A stretch of DNA of 64,000 nt from a virus (Duplodnaviria > Caudoviricetes), in IMG/VR virus record IMGVR_UViG_3300009183_000091, positions 1,681-65,680 of that record; one strand, 5' to 3'. The notes beneath the pieces were generated by a model, which had not been told where the DNA came from, searched no databases, and saw nothing but the letters and a program-made list of their open reading frames with translations. Shown here piece after piece: positions 37,173-48,101 of this stretch. Both the position numbers and the translations under genes were made by a program. Every line of letters begins with the position of its first letter. The stretch's first letter is position 1.

Positions 37173-39506
37173 TTAATTGCCAGGTTCGCTTGAATAGGTT
37201 GAACCAGATTGACCATCAGATCCTTTACCACCTCCAGCATTTAAATTCTTAGCTCCAAATTTAGGATCTTGACCAGCAGCATTATTATATCCAATTATAG
37301 CTGATGCATTGTAACCATTAGGTGTTCTAAGTACATCATCACTTGTTCTCCACTCAACGTTATTAGGGGTATATTCTCTTACACCTGTGGTTGGATTAAG
37401 TTCTCCTGGAGTAAACATAACTCCATATTGATTTCCTATATAATTATTCCCTTCCTTTCTTACTACATTTTCAGTGACACCAAAATATCCATCATTAGGC
37501 ACACTAAACGCAGAACCATTTTTATTTGAAAGATACATTGATTGTCCATTTTTAGCAGCCGCTTCATTACCCCTAGTTATTTCAGAAGCAGCAACAAATT
37601 GCTGTCTCCATTCTCCTTTAGGATTCATCATCCAAACCTTATATTCTTTATTCGTTGTTTTACCTGCTGCAATTTTAGGGTCAGTAACACGTAAAGATGT
37701 TTCAGTTAGGTTACCTCCTTCCATTGCTTCAATCTGCGCCCTAGTATCGCTATTGTGATCTTCTCTTGACTTATTAAATCTCCAATTCTCAGCATCAATT
37801 CTATCTTTATTAGCTTTATAAGATAAATCTTGACCTCTTCTTTCAGTATATCCATTAGCCTCATTAGTTATAGTGCTAATGATACTTTCTTTAGGCATTT
37901 GAGCGAACATATATCTACTAACAGAATCAATAACAGCATCTCTCTCTGACTTAGGCAAATCAGGCATGTGTCCTTCTATCCATTCTGTTACTATATTTTC
38001 ATATCCAAAATCATAGTATTTTCTTTTTAATTGAGCATAAGTTTCATAATCAGGACTTGTGCTTTTTAACTGTTGAATAAGACTATTCATTTCTTTTATC
38101 TCATCAGGATTAAAGTTTTTTCCAGTCTTCATATTTATAGCCCTTTCAATAGCTCCCTTATCCATTAACTGTTTTACGATTTCATCAGCTTGTTTATAAG
38201 CATCAGGTATCTCTCTAATGTTTTTCTCTAAATCAGATATATTCTTAGTTCCATCAAAATAACCTTCCACTTCTCCTGGCAACATACCAGCATTAAAGTT
38301 ATTCAACATCTTTAACATTCTCTCATTGGCCCAAACAGCAGGCTTACCATCAGCTGTAACTAATTTGCTTCTAAGATCTTTAAAGTTCTCATTTACCTTT
38401 AGGAAGTTTTCAGCTATAGATTGTTGTTGACGAAGGCCTTTTAAGAAATCAGTATTTCTCATTAATTCTTCTGGCTTGTCTTTAAAAGCATCTAACCATG
38501 GAGCTATCCAATCCATGTGCTTTTCAGCAAAGTAAGGTTTAAATTGTTTAGCAATATCAGGCATTTCCTTTAATTGATCAACTAACGCTTCCTTCTTTTT
38601 AATCTCAGTAGCAATAGCCCTTTTCCTAGCGTCATATAGCCCTAGTGGTAATAATCCTCCTGCTCCTGAATATATCGTCTGAGAACCAATCCTACTGCCT
38701 GTAAATGTACCTACAGCAATGTTTCTTCCAGCTTCAGGATAATAGTCTTGAAGTCCTAGTTTTTCTATTACTAATTGAGGAGCTTTAACTTTTGCTTGTC
38801 TTGCTTGCTCGTATATTTCTTCTCTTGAAGGTGCTTGATAGTTCTCTCCTTTAGTAACAAGTGATGTCCATTCTTCTTGATTTGGTGGGACAGCTCCTGT
38901 TATTCCTGCTACTGTTGCTCCACTTCCCCCTACAGCTGCTGGTGCATTGGGGTCTGTAGTAGGTATATTATTCTGTGTTGTTGTTTCTTTTTTAACTTGG
39001 TTATCTATCTCCTCATCTGTTGTATCAATTTCTTTCTCAACTACATTTGTAGCTGCTAGTAACTGTTCTTTCTCTTGAAGTGTAGGTTTAGGATCAGCAA
39101 CAATTTTCTCAGTCATTGCTTTTTTAATAGCTGAGCCTGTATTAGGGTCATCAGCATTTAAAGCCGTAAATTGTTCAGCTGTTACAGGGGTAGCTTCTAT
39201 TACTTCTCTATATCCTAGTCTTGAAGATAGCCCATCTTTTTTATATCCGTACTCTTTATTAACTAGAGCATTAGGGTCATTATAAGTAGTGCCTTGTTTT
39301 GTGCCTGTTAAAGGGTCAGATGCTTTAGGTTCAAAAGGTTTCTTAACGTCTCTTATTTCTTTTTTAGAATAAAGTTTTTCTCCACCCATTTCCTCACGAC
39401 CAGCATTGATAGACTTCATTTGTCTTCTCTCCTGACGTATCTCTTTCTTAGTCTTTTGAGTATTCGGAGTTCCTTCTTCTGGATCTTCTATATTTTTTTT
39501 AGCCAT
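37173..39506 (-). CDS. putative internal virion / ejection protein
   Basis: 777 aa helical protein between the tail nozzle and the giant proteins. Confidence 0.5.
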   Translation of the reverse strand: MAKKNIEDPEEGTPNTQKTKKEIRQERRQMKSINAGREEMGGEKLYSKKEIRDVKKPFEPKASDPLTGTKQGTTYNDPNALVNKEYGYKKDGLSSRLGYREVIEATPVTAEQFTALNADDPNTGSAIKKAMTEKIVADPKPTLQEKEQLLAATNVVEKEIDTTDEEIDNQVKKETTTQNNIPTTDPNAPAAVGGSGATVAGITGAVPPNQEEWTSLVTKGENYQAPSREEIYEQARQAKVKAPQLVIEKLGLQDYYPEAGRNIAVGTFTGSRIGSQTIYSGAGGLLPLGLYDARKRAIATEIKKKEALVDQLKEMPDIAKQFKPYFAEKHMDWIAPWLDAFKDKPEELMRNTDFLKGLRQQQSIAENFLKVNENFKDLRSKLVTADGKPAVWANERMLKMLNNFNAGMLPGEVEGYFDGTKNISDLEKNIREIPDAYKQADEIVKQLMDKGAIERAINMKTGKNFNPDEIKEMNSLIQQLKSTSPDYETYAQLKRKYYDFGYENIVTEWIEGHMPDLPKSERDAVIDSVSRYMFAQMPKESIISTITNEANGYTERRGQDLSYKANKDRIDAENWRFNKSREDHNSDTRAQIEAMEGGNLTETSLRVTDPKIAAGKTTNKEYKVWMMNPKGEWRQQFVAASEITRGNEAAAKNGQSMYLSNKNGSAFSVPNDGYFGVTENVVRKEGNNYIGNQYGVMFTPGELNPTTGVREYTPNNVEWRTSDDVLRTPNGYNASAIIGYNNAAGQDPKFGAKNLNAGGGKGSDGQSGSTYSSEPGN

Positions 39507-39517
39507 GATGTTATCCT

Positions 39518-40180
39518 TTATTCTGTAGTAACTTTAGATGCTTTCATTTGCTCTTCTAATTCTTTCATCTTCTTTTTTAAAGTTTCATTTTCAGAATACA
39601 AATTTTTAGTAAAATCATAAGCACCTGATTCATCTTTAGGGATTGCTCCTGCTTTATAATTTTGATCACTAGGCATAACAGCAGCCATTAAGTTTTGACC
39701 ACCAGACTTAGTTAACTCAGCAGCAGCAGCATTTTCCTCATTTCTTCTAAGTAATGTTAAATCCGCTTTTCTATTAGCCATGTCCTTAACTAATTGACCT
39801 TGTTGAGCAAAGTTTTGAGCTGTTTGTTGAGCTGACTGTTCAGCTATATTACCCATCGCTTGATTTAGCATTGCACCATAAGCACCTTGATTAACTTGAC
39901 CTCCAGCGTTAAATGAATTTTTCATTAAAGTTTTTAAAGATCCTTTAGCAGCATTTACTTTATCCATAGACCCAGTTCCAGTAGATGTCATCTGTTGCTG
40001 TCTACGTAATGTATTGAATAAAGATCTTTCTCCTACATCTTCAGGTGGAGGCATCATAGCATCAGCTTTTTTCTTCTTTATTGCTCCTAAAATTGATTGA
40101 CCAGCCCCAACAGCAAGTCCTAATGGGTTAGCACCAATAGTGTTTTTTGCTCCACTTAGTATCGTATCGAATAATCCCAT
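39518..40180 (-). CDS. putative DNA pilot / small ejection protein
   Basis: G/A-rich amphipathic N-terminus, Q/A/M-rich helices; promoter at 40195-40202. Confidence 0.55.
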   Translation of the reverse strand: MGLFDTILSGAKNTIGANPLGLAVGAGQSILGAIKKKKADAMMPPPEDVGERSLFNTLRRQQQMTSTGTGSMDKVNAAKGSLKTLMKNSFNAGGQVNQGAYGAMLNQAMGNIAEQSAQQTAQNFAQQGQLVKDMANRKADLTLLRRNEENAAAAELTKSGGQNLMAAVMPSDQNYKAGAIPKDESGAYDFTKNLYSENETLKKKMKELEEQMKASKVTTE

Positions 40181-40206
40181 GATATATTTTTCCTCAAATT
40201 TAACAA

Positions 40207-43200
40207 TTATTTTAACTTCTTGTATTGTATACCTGTAGATGCTACTAAAAATTCTTCATCAGCACTACTTACAATCTTAAATAACAATACCCTTCCTTGT
40301 TGTCTATAATGTGGGGCAACAAGATGTCTAGGTATATAACACTCATATCCATAGTAATCCTTCATAGATAATGGCACAGCTACAGTATCAATAAAGTTAG
40401 TGTAATTATCTATAATATAGTCCTGATATGAATCATAGAAATAAACTCTCTCAGGTTTACTATTTGAATTTACTCGTATTCTAAGGAACTCTTTGTCATA
40501 GTATAAGTCAGCATTAGATACACCTGTTACATAACACTCCATATCCTCTCCATCAATCTGATTACCTACACCTAACTCAAAAGTCTTAGCGTCCTTCATA
40601 CCATACAATAAATTGTTGTTATATAGATACTTGTCATAGTTATAAGTACTTTGACATTGTAAAGCCTGTTGCTCTACACCGTATATTAACGCCTTATTGA
40701 ATGGACTATCTTTTTCCCATACTCCTGCTACAACATTCATTATATACTCATTGTGAAGAACATCATATCCACCTACTAAATCAGACTCATATCCTGGGCC
40801 TAATCTAGCTAAAAATTCTCTTCTTAATAACTCATGGAATCCTGTTCTTGATATATCCGTTAATTGATTGTCCGTAAACATATACGCAGACTTATTATTA
40901 ACAAAGAATAAGGTGTTAGAGTATTCAGCCCAGCTTCTCCAGGTTTGATCACTCATTCCTATTCTCTTATCAATCCATAATTGATTAAGAATACCCCCTA
41001 TGCTTGAGCCAGCTGTAGCTAACTCATTAGCATTAATCTCATAGATAACTCTCTTATCTACCATCATTAAACATACACCGCTATCTGTAAATGCGTAAAG
41101 GTTATTACCCTTATCTCCAGATAAAGCACTCCATGCAAACTTAATCTCTCCTGTATCATCAGATATATCAAATACATTTGATGGAGGAAAAGTACGTACA
41201 GATGGTGTGTTCTGTGCATTGATAGGCCTTTTTAATGACCATATAACTCTTGTACAGAAATCTGTTTGTTCATTAAATCCTACAGTAGGTACTGATGTAT
41301 ATATAGTAGTAGTTTGACTCTTTGAATAATCTTTATTTACTTGAGGTAAAAATCTAAATCCTCCTAGTCCCCACCAGTTCCATTCAAAACCGTAGTCATC
41401 GTAGTATTCAGACAATAGATTATTTGCTGATTCCCAAGCTGCTCTATCTGTTGGGTCTTGATTATCATTCCACTCGTAAGGCCTTGGTATATAGTTTATT
41501 AATGGAAACGCTTGTTCGCTTACAGCTTTGTCAGGTGATTCTAAATTAAAATAAAATGATAAGTTACATCGTGTCTCAGCAGTCCACATTGTAACCGTTT
41601 GTCTCATTCTACATTTATTACTTCCAGCACTATCTGCAAATTGATGCTCATCATAACCATACTTATTAGATGTTAGAGTATTCTCCCACCATCTATATCC
41701 ATTAAATCCAGAAGGAAAATCATTATTAAAGAAATATTGTTTAAAAGGAAAGGGATTACTCCAAATAAATTCATTTGAAGAATCATCAGGATTTCCATAA
41801 TTATTATATTTATTATCTAATACAGCCCAAATAGATTCATTAATAAATGTATCTCCTCCAAATACTCTTACAGGTATTCTATTATCATACTTGACATAAA
41901 CTTTGCTTCCTGATGGAGGTGTTGATAAGGCAGGAAATAAACTATTAAATACTAATGTATAAATTTTACAAACACCATCTGAATCACCATTTATCTCTGT
42001 GCTTGTATATATCCCGTAAATATCTAATCCATTAGTTAATACTGGATCATTAAAAATACCAAAAGTCAATAAAGCATTAGCTATTATAACTAAATCACCA
42101 GCAGATTCAAAAGTTACATTCATCCATCTCTTCTCTATTCCATCTGTATCTACAACATATACAAATCTTTTTATCGTTGAATAGCCGTTATAAATTTGAC
42201 CACTTATTTCTGGAATACAATCTTCCCATCTCTCTGATACTAATACAGAAGATTGATTGACAGCACCATTAGACTCAAGGACTAATGAACTAAATCTAAC
42301 GTAATGTCCTGTATATTTATATTGAGTAGTTACACCTGAGCTTATGTCTTTATCTTTGTATAGATTTATAACATACATTGGTTCTCTCCACTCATATTGT
42401 GCTGAATCATCAGCATCTGTATTAGCTCCTACCGTTGCTGTATTATATATTGCAGCATAATTAATGTCAGTGGTATCTACAGCTATTTGAAAATATGTTT
42501 GACGACCTCCACCAGCAGTAGTAACTTCCGTAGTAGCTATATCTAAAGGGAATATTCTATTACCATTGTCATTAGAAGGAAAGGCAGGAGAGTTCTGAGT
42601 ATCTCTATTCATGTATCTTCCGTAAGCTACATAGCTATTACCATCTGCATCAGGAATACCAGAATAACCAGATTGATCATAATATGGATTTATTGTTCCA
42701 TCATCACCCTCTCTTAGAACCCTAGCATAGGTAATCATATCCGTTCCTTTCCTGGCTGTTTCAAATGTTTTTCTCCTACTGGCATTAACCTCCGTAAAAT
42801 ATCCCAATGGAGAAACTAATTGTATTGAATATGATGTAGGATTGTTTAATAAATCTTCTGCTAAATCTGGAAACCTATGTTCTAAATCTGGAAAATAAGC
42901 CCAAAATTTGTCTATTTGTTTTGAAGTATTTGATCCTGAACCTTCAGCTGTTTCTAATCTATAAAAACCTAGCCCTTGAGCTACTACTTGTAATGCTGGA
43001 TCAGTTTGAACAACTGAAAATCCCTCAGCCCAAGAAGGATAAGTATCTAATCCTTTAATTGCCATTCCTTGAGAATAGTAATCTAAACCAAATCCTCTAG
43101 GAGCGTAGTCAAGTTGATCTCCTAAATCTGCTAATTTAACTCTATCATTAGGAGAAATACCTAATGTGCTTGATGAATCAGCTTGACTAACAGGAGTTAA

Positions 43201-44760
43201 TGTTCTATATGGCGCATCGTGATATGATATTTTTACATCATTGTCAACTAAATTGCTTTTAGGAACAGCATCATAATGATCAAATACTTCGTGGGTTAAT
43301 GTAACAGCTCCAGCTGTATTAGCAGCTTTAACTAATCCTTTGTATGATGTTCCATACGTATCACTACCTACAGCTATCTCATCTCTCCTATTAGGGAACT
43401 CATAGTTAGTTAAGGTTGGTACTTCAGCAGCATAAGATGGATTATTATATGAATCAAATAATACTACACCAAAACCAGTCTTATCACCTCTCATGTTACT
43501 TTTAAACATGGCAGCGTTATAAGGATGCTTATGTCCTGGCTTACCTATCTTTTCTATTGTTGGAAATCCTGGAGTACCAGCCTCATCAACAAATGTAACT
43601 TCTGCATTAATGTCTTTAGCGTTATATCCAATATTCATTAAATATAACCTCTCATTAAAATATCTTACAGACTTAGCCCTACGTATAGAAGAGTAAGTAT
43701 CTGTTTGTTCTTGTAAATCTAAAACCTCAGCATCAATGAAGTTAGCCTCAGCCTTATCAAATATATTTAATATCCCTAGACCTGCACCTATATTAATGCT
43801 TCCTATGATCTCTGAAACAGGTGGGACACCATAAGCACTGTCTGAGTACCAAGAGTCTCTCCTAAGCTCTAAGAATGAAAAATCAGCATTGTTTTCATAC
43901 TTGATTCTAATGTGATTTCCATAATTAGTAGAAGATGCAATATTAGCAAAGTCTCCATGACTATGAGAATATGGATAATAAGGATCAAAGCTACTTGTGT
44001 TTCTTCTTAATACAGGTATCAATTCTGTAATAGGTGAGAATGGAGTTCTATCTCCTTCTCCTGTAACTAATCTATAAGAATAAGAATAACTACCTACAGC
44101 TAATCCTGATGTACCTATAACGGCATCATATCCAGCACCAGAACTAACAGAAGCCTGTTGAATAAAGGCAGGTTTATACATCGTAGATGCTACAGGAATA
44201 GAGTAATTATCTGGATCAAAATCATCAAAGTACTTTTGAGTACATTCTCCAGTAGATGTCATTGCTGAGTTATCCATCATATCAATAACAGAAAGTACCA
44301 TTGGAGGTACGTTATTATCTGTGATATATATCTCTCCACCTACACAGCTTTCGTTCTTATCGTATTGTAAAGGGTAGTTTAAGTTAAATGGAAACTGATC
44401 ACTCATTAAAACAATCTGACCATCTATACGAATAAACGGAGGATATTTAGAAGGCTCTGTAGAGGCCCATAACTCAATGATATGACCATTAACCTCTTGA
44501 GTCATCATACACTCATAAGTATCAGCTCCTGGCAAGTCTATAGGCTCAACAAAACATCTATTGTCTAATGCTTCATATAATAAATCCTCTCCCTTAATTT
44601 TTTTCTTAGCTAGATTATCACCATCCATAGACATACTACGCATATTTAATGCATCAACATGCTCTCCTCCCTCTGATCTTCCTAATATCTCTTTATTAGT
44701 ATCAGATTGGATTCCTTTTTGGTATGTTTTTATATCGTGTGGATAATGTTGTTGACGCAT
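40207..44760 (-). CDS. tail stabilisation / nozzle protein (P22 gp10-like, crAss-like muzzle)
   Basis: 1517 aa, KGIQSD..DALNMR N-terminus, GSYSYSYRL, DTGEI, GGYD motifs; position after the ring genes. Confidence 0.7.
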   Translation of the reverse strand: MRQQHYPHDIKTYQKGIQSDTNKEILGRSEGGEHVDALNMRSMSMDGDNLAKKKIKGEDLLYEALDNRCFVEPIDLPGADTYECMMTQEVNGHIIELWASTEPSKYPPFIRIDGQIVLMSDQFPFNLNYPLQYDKNESCVGGEIYITDNNVPPMVLSVIDMMDNSAMTSTGECTQKYFDDFDPDNYSIPVASTMYKPAFIQQASVSSGAGYDAVIGTSGLAVGSYSYSYRLVTGEGDRTPFSPITELIPVLRRNTSSFDPYYPYSHSHGDFANIASSTNYGNHIRIKYENNADFSFLELRRDSWYSDSAYGVPPVSEIIGSINIGAGLGILNIFDKAEANFIDAEVLDLQEQTDTYSSIRRAKSVRYFNERLYLMNIGYNAKDINAEVTFVDEAGTPGFPTIEKIGKPGHKHPYNAAMFKSNMRGDKTGFGVVLFDSYNNPSYAAEVPTLTNYEFPNRRDEIAVGSDTYGTSYKGLVKAANTAGAVTLTHEVFDHYDAVPKSNLVDNDVKISYHDAPYRTLTPVSQADSSSTLGISPNDRVKLADLGDQLDYAPRGFGLDYYSQGMAIKGLDTYPSWAEGFSVVQTDPALQVVAQGLGFYRLETAEGSGSNTSKQIDKFWAYFPDLEHRFPDLAEDLLNNPTSYSIQLVSPLGYFTEVNASRRKTFETARKGTDMITYARVLREGDDGTINPYYDQSGYSGIPDADGNSYVAYGRYMNRDTQNSPAFPSNDNGNRIFPLDIATTEVTTAGGGRQTYFQIAVDTTDINYAAIYNTATVGANTDADDSAQYEWREPMYVINLYKDKDISSGVTTQYKYTGHYVRFSSLVLESNGAVNQSSVLVSERWEDCIPEISGQIYNGYSTIKRFVYVVDTDGIEKRWMNVTFESAGDLVIIANALLTFGIFNDPVLTNGLDIYGIYTSTEINGDSDGVCKIYTLVFNSLFPALSTPPSGSKVYVKYDNRIPVRVFGGDTFINESIWAVLDNKYNNYGNPDDSSNEFIWSNPFPFKQYFFNNDFPSGFNGYRWWENTLTSNKYGYDEHQFADSAGSNKCRMRQTVTMWTAETRCNLSFYFNLESPDKAVSEQAFPLINYIPRPYEWNDNQDPTDRAAWESANNLLSEYYDDYGFEWNWWGLGGFRFLPQVNKDYSKSQTTTIYTSVPTVGFNEQTDFCTRVIWSLKRPINAQNTPSVRTFPPSNVFDISDDTGEIKFAWSALSGDKGNNLYAFTDSGVCLMMVDKRVIYEINANELATAGSSIGGILNQLWIDKRIGMSDQTWRSWAEYSNTLFFVNNKSAYMFTDNQLTDISRTGFHELLRREFLARLGPGYESDLVGGYDVLHNEYIMNVVAGVWEKDSPFNKALIYGVEQQALQCQSTYNYDKYLYNNNLLYGMKDAKTFELGVGNQIDGEDMECYVTGVSNADLYYDKEFLRIRVNSNSKPERVYFYDSYQDYIIDNYTNFIDTVAVPLSMKDYYGYECYIPRHLVAPHYRQQGRVLLFKIVSSADEEFLVASTGIQYKKLK

Positions 44761-44788
44761 ATTATTTTTTTTTTATAAAAAAACTAAA

Positions 44789-44816
44789 CAAATATACGAA
44801 TTATTTATTATATTTG
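44789..44816. promoter_or_regulatory. back-to-back Bacteroidota -7 elements
   Basis: TATATTTG on - (44789-44796) and on + (44809-44816). Confidence 0.7.
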
Positions 44817-44904
44817 TTGTGTCAGGTAGCAGTGACAATTAAGAAATTTATATAAATCCCTATGATGAAAGAACTGCTACTCTGGATTCATAGGGTTTTT
44901 TATT
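44817..44904 (+). ncRNA. structured 5' leader: two hairpins with complementary loops, the second terminator-like
   Basis: GTAGCAGT (44826-44833) complementary to loop ACTGCTAC (44873-44880); CCCTATGA/TCATAGGG stem plus T run. Confidence 0.7.
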
Positions 44905-45354
44905 ATGGAAGAAATTTGGGAAAAAGTATCGTGGGCAAAAAATTATTTGATTTCTAACTTAGGGAATGTTTTTTCATTGAAGTCAAAAAGATTAATGAAA
45001 AAAAATGTAAGCAATAGAGGTTATGAGCGAGTTACTATAAAAGGAAAACAAGTATCAGTACATAGATTGGTTTGCGTTGCTTTTTTAGGAGAAAATAAAA
45101 ATAAAAAAATAGTAAATCATAAAAATGGAATAAAAACAGATAACAGAATTGAAAATTTAGAATGGGTAACTTGTAGAGAAAATACAATGCATTATTATTC
45201 TTCTATTCCTCTTAGGGAAATAAAGTTAAAAACATGTATTAGATATGAAAAATGGATGTATATAAATGGAAAAAATAGATCTATAGGAAGGTTTAAAACA
45301 CCCGAAGAAGCAATTAAAGCATATTATGATAAATTAAAAACTATAAATTTATAG
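44905..45354 (+). CDS. NUMOD4-HNH homing endonuclease with AP2-like tail, antisense to the late operon
   Basis: EEIW..YLISNLG; VHRLV..VNHKNGIKTDNRIENLEW; IGRFKTPEEA. Confidence 0.9.
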   Translation: MEEIWEKVSWAKNYLISNLGNVFSLKSKRLMKKNVSNRGYERVTIKGKQVSVHRLVCVAFLGENKNKKIVNHKNGIKTDNRIENLEWVTCRENTMHYYSSIPLREIKLKTCIRYEKWMYINGKNRSIGRFKTPEEAIKAYYDKLKTINL

Positions 45355-45356
45355 TT

Positions 45357-45548
45357 TCATCGTTTTTTTCTTTTAAACGGAACTAGCTCATTGAGTTTGT
45401 CTGCCCTAGCATTGCAACCACAATCCTTAGCTCCCATCTTCTTAGCTACAAAGTTAGCAACTTTATCCATTCGTGTAGCTTCAGCAACTCGCTTTACTAC
45501 ATCGCCTAAGCCTCTGTATTCTGCCATCTGAAATATATTGTTTACCAT
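45357..45548 (-). CDS. small phage protein
   Basis: GLGDVV...DCGCNARADKLN. Confidence 0.65.
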   Translation of the reverse strand: MVNNIFQMAEYRGLGDVVKRVAEATRMDKVANFVAKKMGAKDCGCNARADKLNELVPFKRKKR

Positions 45549-45817
45549 TTTACTTTATCAGCCCAATAAGCAGCACTCATTTTACCTTTTGCTATATTCT
45601 TAGCGTGACGAGCTTTAAATCTTTTTCTCCTATTAGCGTAAGCCTCAGATTCATTAGCCTTCTTAGGAGATCCTTTAACTCCTTGTTGGCCAAATCGAAT
45701 AATCTTTTCTACTCCATTAGAGCATGCTTTTACAACATGAGATTTTTTAGCGTTATCAGGTGTACTTCTTGGAGAGTTACACTTCATTAACTTCTTATCT
45801 AACTTACTCATAATCAA
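45542..45817 (-). CDS. small basic phage protein
   Basis: IRFGQQG..RRKRFKARH..SAAYWA..KW. Confidence 0.7.
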   Translation of the reverse strand: MIMSKLDKKLMKCNSPRSTPDNAKKSHVVKACSNGVEKIIRFGQQGVKGSPKKANESEAYANRRKRFKARHAKNIAKGKMSAAYWADKVKW

Positions 45818-46594
45818 TTATTTATGATACATAGAACTTATGTATTCCTCCATAGAGTTCTTCTCAGAAGTGTCCATAGATTTAATTCTTTTCTTAGCCT
45901 TATTCCATGATCCATCTCTAGGGTCTGTTAGTCTAGTGAATGTATCTTGCCATAGAGGACGATATAAGCGTATGTCACGAGACTTCATAGCGTTGTAGAA
46001 CTTCTCCTCCACATAATCAACAACAGCTCTCTCAAAGAATCTAGGAACGATTGGAACGTCTCCAATAGGAACACCCATAGCGTTAAACTTCATTCTAATA
46101 AAAGGAAAGCCTCTACATTCTTTACTTAACATAATTATTCCATCTCCCTCAGCTATATTGTAATAATACTTTGGTCCATAAAACCCCTGCATATTATTAG
46201 TATATACCCTTTGATTAGGTTGGAATATATCAGCTCCATTACTTCCATCATCCTTTACTCGTGCTGTATATCCATCTCCACTATATCTATTATCAAATAA
46301 TCGTTTCCAATAAATTACCTGAGTACTTCTTGGATTACATAACTCTCCTTGATAAGCATATATTTCTCTGAGGTTGAATACGTTAGGCGGCATAGGAATC
46401 TGACAATTTTCTGGCATCTCAAAATCATGAATAACAGTAAGCCAAAAAGTATCAAATGATAACTCTTGTAAAGCATCCTGTATTCTTGAGATATACCATC
46501 CCTTATTAAATCCTTTCTTAAAGTCAGTATCGTTTACTGTAGCTGTAACCTCAGCTAATAAGTGGTCAACTGAAACGAAATCATTAGCATTCAT
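45818..46594 (-). CDS. putative head-tail ring / tail tubular protein
   Basis: About 250 aa, one of three similar-sized genes between capsid and nozzle. Confidence 0.55.
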   Translation of the reverse strand: MNANDFVSVDHLLAEVTATVNDTDFKKGFNKGWYISRIQDALQELSFDTFWLTVIHDFEMPENCQIPMPPNVFNLREIYAYQGELCNPRSTQVIYWKRLFDNRYSGDGYTARVKDDGSNGADIFQPNQRVYTNNMQGFYGPKYYYNIAEGDGIIMLSKECRGFPFIRMKFNAMGVPIGDVPIVPRFFERAVVDYVEEKFYNAMKSRDIRLYRPLWQDTFTRLTDPRDGSWNKAKKRIKSMDTSEKNSMEEYISSMYHK

Positions 46595-46605
46595 ATCCTA
46601 TATTT

Positions 46606-47340
46606 TTATTCTGCCTGTTGTTGTTGTAAAGGTTGTAATTGAGGAGGATTCACCGATCTATTAGCATACATCTGAGTGTTTAACTCAGCCTCATCTTCTC
46701 CTTCATTTGTAACCTCTTTAGGCATTAACATAATAAACTTACCTAACTGAAGTACTTGCATTACCAAATCCTGAACCATCTCGTCTGGTAATGGAATATC
46801 CTCATCTATATTACAAAGTTTCTTAGGGTCTAAACTACATTTAATAGCTATCTCTACAGATTTAACTGGCGCACATTCGATTCCTAGTAAGTAAAGTCTA
46901 TTAACTCCTGATCCATCAACCTTATGCCCTACTCTATAGAAGTATGGACGTATTGAACTAGGTGTTGTATAAGTGTCTAAATATAAGTGTTGTACATTTC
47001 CAAGATTAACTCCTTGAAACCAAACTTGAGCAAATGCAGGTCCACTACAATTACAAGTATCTTCGTTATAAGTAATATAAACAATACCAGCATTATTAGG
47101 TAAATCCATTACCTGCTCTGGTAAGTCTATGTATTTTCTTCCTTTAGCATCTGTAAGAACAGGAACGTCATCAAATGTAGAAGTGAATAAATCAGAGTTA
47201 GTAGCCATTGTTTGCTGAACTCTTAATCTATTAGCTACAACCATCACCCAATACAATATCTGATTGAATGTAAAATCAGCATCATCAAATGTTGCATTAA
47301 AGTTTTTCTGAAGGTCATATACTACATATCTATACGTCAT
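46606..47340 (-). CDS. putative head-tail ring protein
   Basis: YIDLP, RPYFY, DP..EDIPLP pattern; position. Confidence 0.55.
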   Translation of the reverse strand: MTYRYVVYDLQKNFNATFDDADFTFNQILYWVMVVANRLRVQQTMATNSDLFTSTFDDVPVLTDAKGRKYIDLPEQVMDLPNNAGIVYITYNEDTCNCSGPAFAQVWFQGVNLGNVQHLYLDTYTTPSSIRPYFYRVGHKVDGSGVNRLYLLGIECAPVKSVEIAIKCSLDPKKLCNIDEDIPLPDEMVQDLVMQVLQLGKFIMLMPKEVTNEGEDEAELNTQMYANRSVNPPQLQPLQQQQAE

Positions 47341-47341
47341 C

Positions 47342-48100
47342 TTACAATACGTTTAATAGTTGGTTAATATCTTGAGAAGTAACACCGAATAGATTTGTTT
47401 GATCGCCTTGTTTGTAAGCGATATAATTCAATGCCTTATCAAATAATAATTGAAATACACTATGAGGGAAACTAATCTCATCTGCTAATGTCACAATTTG
47501 AGGTGGTTTCTTAGCCCAAAAAATAGTTACTTCTTTATTAGAAAGAGAAGGTCTTATTTCTAACTCTTGCGTCCTAAATGACGAAGATGTTTGTTGATAA
47601 TTTATAGGAGTTAAATATGCGTATAATTTTAAATCCTCACATATTTGATTTCCTTCATATCCTGCTTCAAATGGATTACCATAGTTAGTGGCCCATTCTT
47701 CTAAGTTTAATCTTTTACAAGATGTCTCAGCTGTTACATGAAGTTTATTGTTTAATAAATAACTTCTAGTAGAGTCAGGTGTAACTGGAGCAGGAATACC
47801 AGATATAACGCTTGTTACAGGGTTTGGATAAATAGCCAATATAGACCATACCTCTGATGGAAATATAGCTAGAGAAACCCTTGAGGTGTTACTTGTACGA
47901 AACACCCCAGAGGTTGATAATTCTCTAAAAAATTCCTCGCCTATTTTGTCTTGACCATACGCAGAATTAACGACAGATGTCAACCATTTAATAGATGCAT
48001 TGATAGCAGGTATAATATCTAAATCATCTCTGTAATGATCTGAATCCTCCGCATCTAGTGCAAATCTTAACTGGTTTCTTAATTCTAACGCTGTAAACAT
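47342..48100 (-). CDS. putative head-tail ring protein
   Basis: AIN..I, LEIRP..KKP..ISFP pattern; position. Confidence 0.55.
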   Translation of the reverse strand: MFTALELRNQLRFALDAEDSDHYRDDLDIIPAINASIKWLTSVVNSAYGQDKIGEEFFRELSTSGVFRTSNTSRVSLAIFPSEVWSILAIYPNPVTSVISGIPAPVTPDSTRSYLLNNKLHVTAETSCKRLNLEEWATNYGNPFEAGYEGNQICEDLKLYAYLTPINYQQTSSSFRTQELEIRPSLSNKEVTIFWAKKPPQIVTLADEISFPHSVFQLLFDKALNYIAYKQGDQTNLFGVTSQDINQLLNVL

Positions 48101-48101
48101 A

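Noticed and set aside
25296-39506. Virion RNA polymerase as in crAss-like phages
   Set aside because: No DFDID/DxDGD catalytic motif seen in the three large proteins; recognisable motifs are GNAT and HExxH instead
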